This document shows, piece after piece, positions 62,769 through 64,000 of a DNA stretch of 64,000 nucleotides. The notes beneath the pieces were generated by a model. The model saw nothing but the letters and a program-made list of their open reading frames with translations, was not told the DNA's origin and searched no databases. A program made the position numbers and the translations under genes. Positions within the stretch are counted from its first letter, which is position 1, and every line of letters starts with the position of its first letter. The stretch lies in NCBI GenBank assembly GCA_964106915.2, contig OZ066919.1. One strand, 5' to 3'. This DNA comes from Podarcis gaigeae (taxonomy: Eukaryota).

Positions 62769-64000
62769 CTGCAAATGAATAGGTATGAAATAATAACTTC
62801 ATGTGTATTTACAGTAATAATTCATAGTATGTATGAATCCGTAATAGAATCACTTAAGAGACCACAACAAGAATTAAAGAAAACAGAGCAAAAGCATTCT
62901 CAAGGGAACTGACATCTGAACTCTAATTATGGGAAGGACAATACTTCCCTGTGGAGTAGATCACAATGGCACATATATTAACCATGATTCTAGATCTCAT
63001 AGGTTAAGACTTTGTCACCTAGCCATATGGTACTTCTAGTGTATTCTGAAGCTGTCTTGTACATATAGTAGGTGTTCAAATACATGCTACACTGCACAAA
63101 CAAGCTGGTGATTTTTATGTTAATCACAAGGTGGCACTAAAAAATCAATCAAGAATTTCTTTGCATAAGGGAACCTGTGGATTAGATAAAGTCCCAAGAA
63201 TCTTCTATTGAAAAGTACTAGAATGAACTGTATGTATGACACACACTAGAGCTGACATATTAGTGGCTCTGAAAGGGAGAAGGGGAGAATTAACTCATTC
63301 ATTTCTGTCAGTCTTGCCCAGGAACATGCAGAACATAACTGGCTCCCATTAGCTGCAGCACTGTTCTCCTGAAAGGTTGGAGATAATAGGCCTTTTTCAC
63401 ATTCATCCATGCTAACCAGCAAATGTGTGAAGAAGATTGATAGCATGTGAATCTGTGAACACTTTGCTGACTATCTGCTTTTTCCAATCTCTGTCAATAA
63501 CTCTGAACCAATTCGGCAAGTCAGAAAACACAAAGAGGCCACAGAAGACATATTTGGCGATTAGGTAATAAGGAAGCTTGCATATTCAAAGTTCAGACAA
63601 TGATTCTACATTACTATATCTTTGGAAACTCACATTCATACAATTAGCTGGTAGATTATTTAGGGGCCGAAACGTTCGCTAGCTGTTGGCAGTAATATAA
63701 GGAAAACACAAAATTTCCAGTAAAAAATTCAGCTATGTATGACTGTCTCCATAAAAGGCAAGCTTTATTTCATGCTGGAGCTATAGTCTTCTGAATGCAA
63801 AACAAATTTAGGGCTTACGTGGAGATCAGCAAATAGATGGATTAAGGCGCTGATGGGTCCCCAGGAATGGTGTTAGATCAAACAAAATGGAATTAATTCT
63901 GCATTGTTGTAATTCAATTCCCCCTACCCCTAGTCTATGAATGCCCAAGTATCAAATCTTCTAAAATATTTGCTTGGTGTAGTATTTGTTTAAAACATTG

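Noticed and set aside
1-64000. Most short ORFs in the six-frame track
   Set aside because: Intronic or intergenic eukaryotic DNA with no recognisable domains; the real coding signal is explained by spliced exons and transposon remnants.
1-64000. CRISPR array, operon or other prokaryotic system
   Set aside because: No regularly spaced repeat-spacer array; the locus is a spliced vertebrate region.

Overview
Vertebrate nuclear DNA, not prokaryotic. The repeat content (Sauria SINE, Squam3-like SINEs, squamate L2/CR1/Penelope-like elements) points to a squamate, probably a lacertid lizard (inference). Two spliced genes lie tail to tail. On + are the last five coding exons of LHX8 (1342-8760: LIM2 domain, homeodomain, C-terminus). 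On - are 17 shared coding exons plus two alternative terminal exons of the choline transporter-like gene SLC44A5/CTL5 (62768 down to 26251); its 5' part is outside the window. Every exon was checked by eye for AG/GT boundaries and frame continuity. Most notable observations: (1) a minor-spliceosome (U12-type) GT-AG intron in SLC44A5; (2) two homologous alternative last exons; (3) a 1.69 kb L1-derived, apparently non-autonomous retroposon with an intact 5' end, a perfect 16-bp TSD and only decayed coding remnants; (4) Penelope-like elements with minimal hammerhead ribozyme motifs, one overlapping the end of a GIY-YIG ORF; (5) a perfect 41-bp inverted repeat; (6) a probable solo LTR sense to SLC44A5. 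I cannot show a wholly new biological system from sequence alone; the L1-derived element and the ORF-embedded hammerhead are the best leads. Most entries in the ORF track are spurious.
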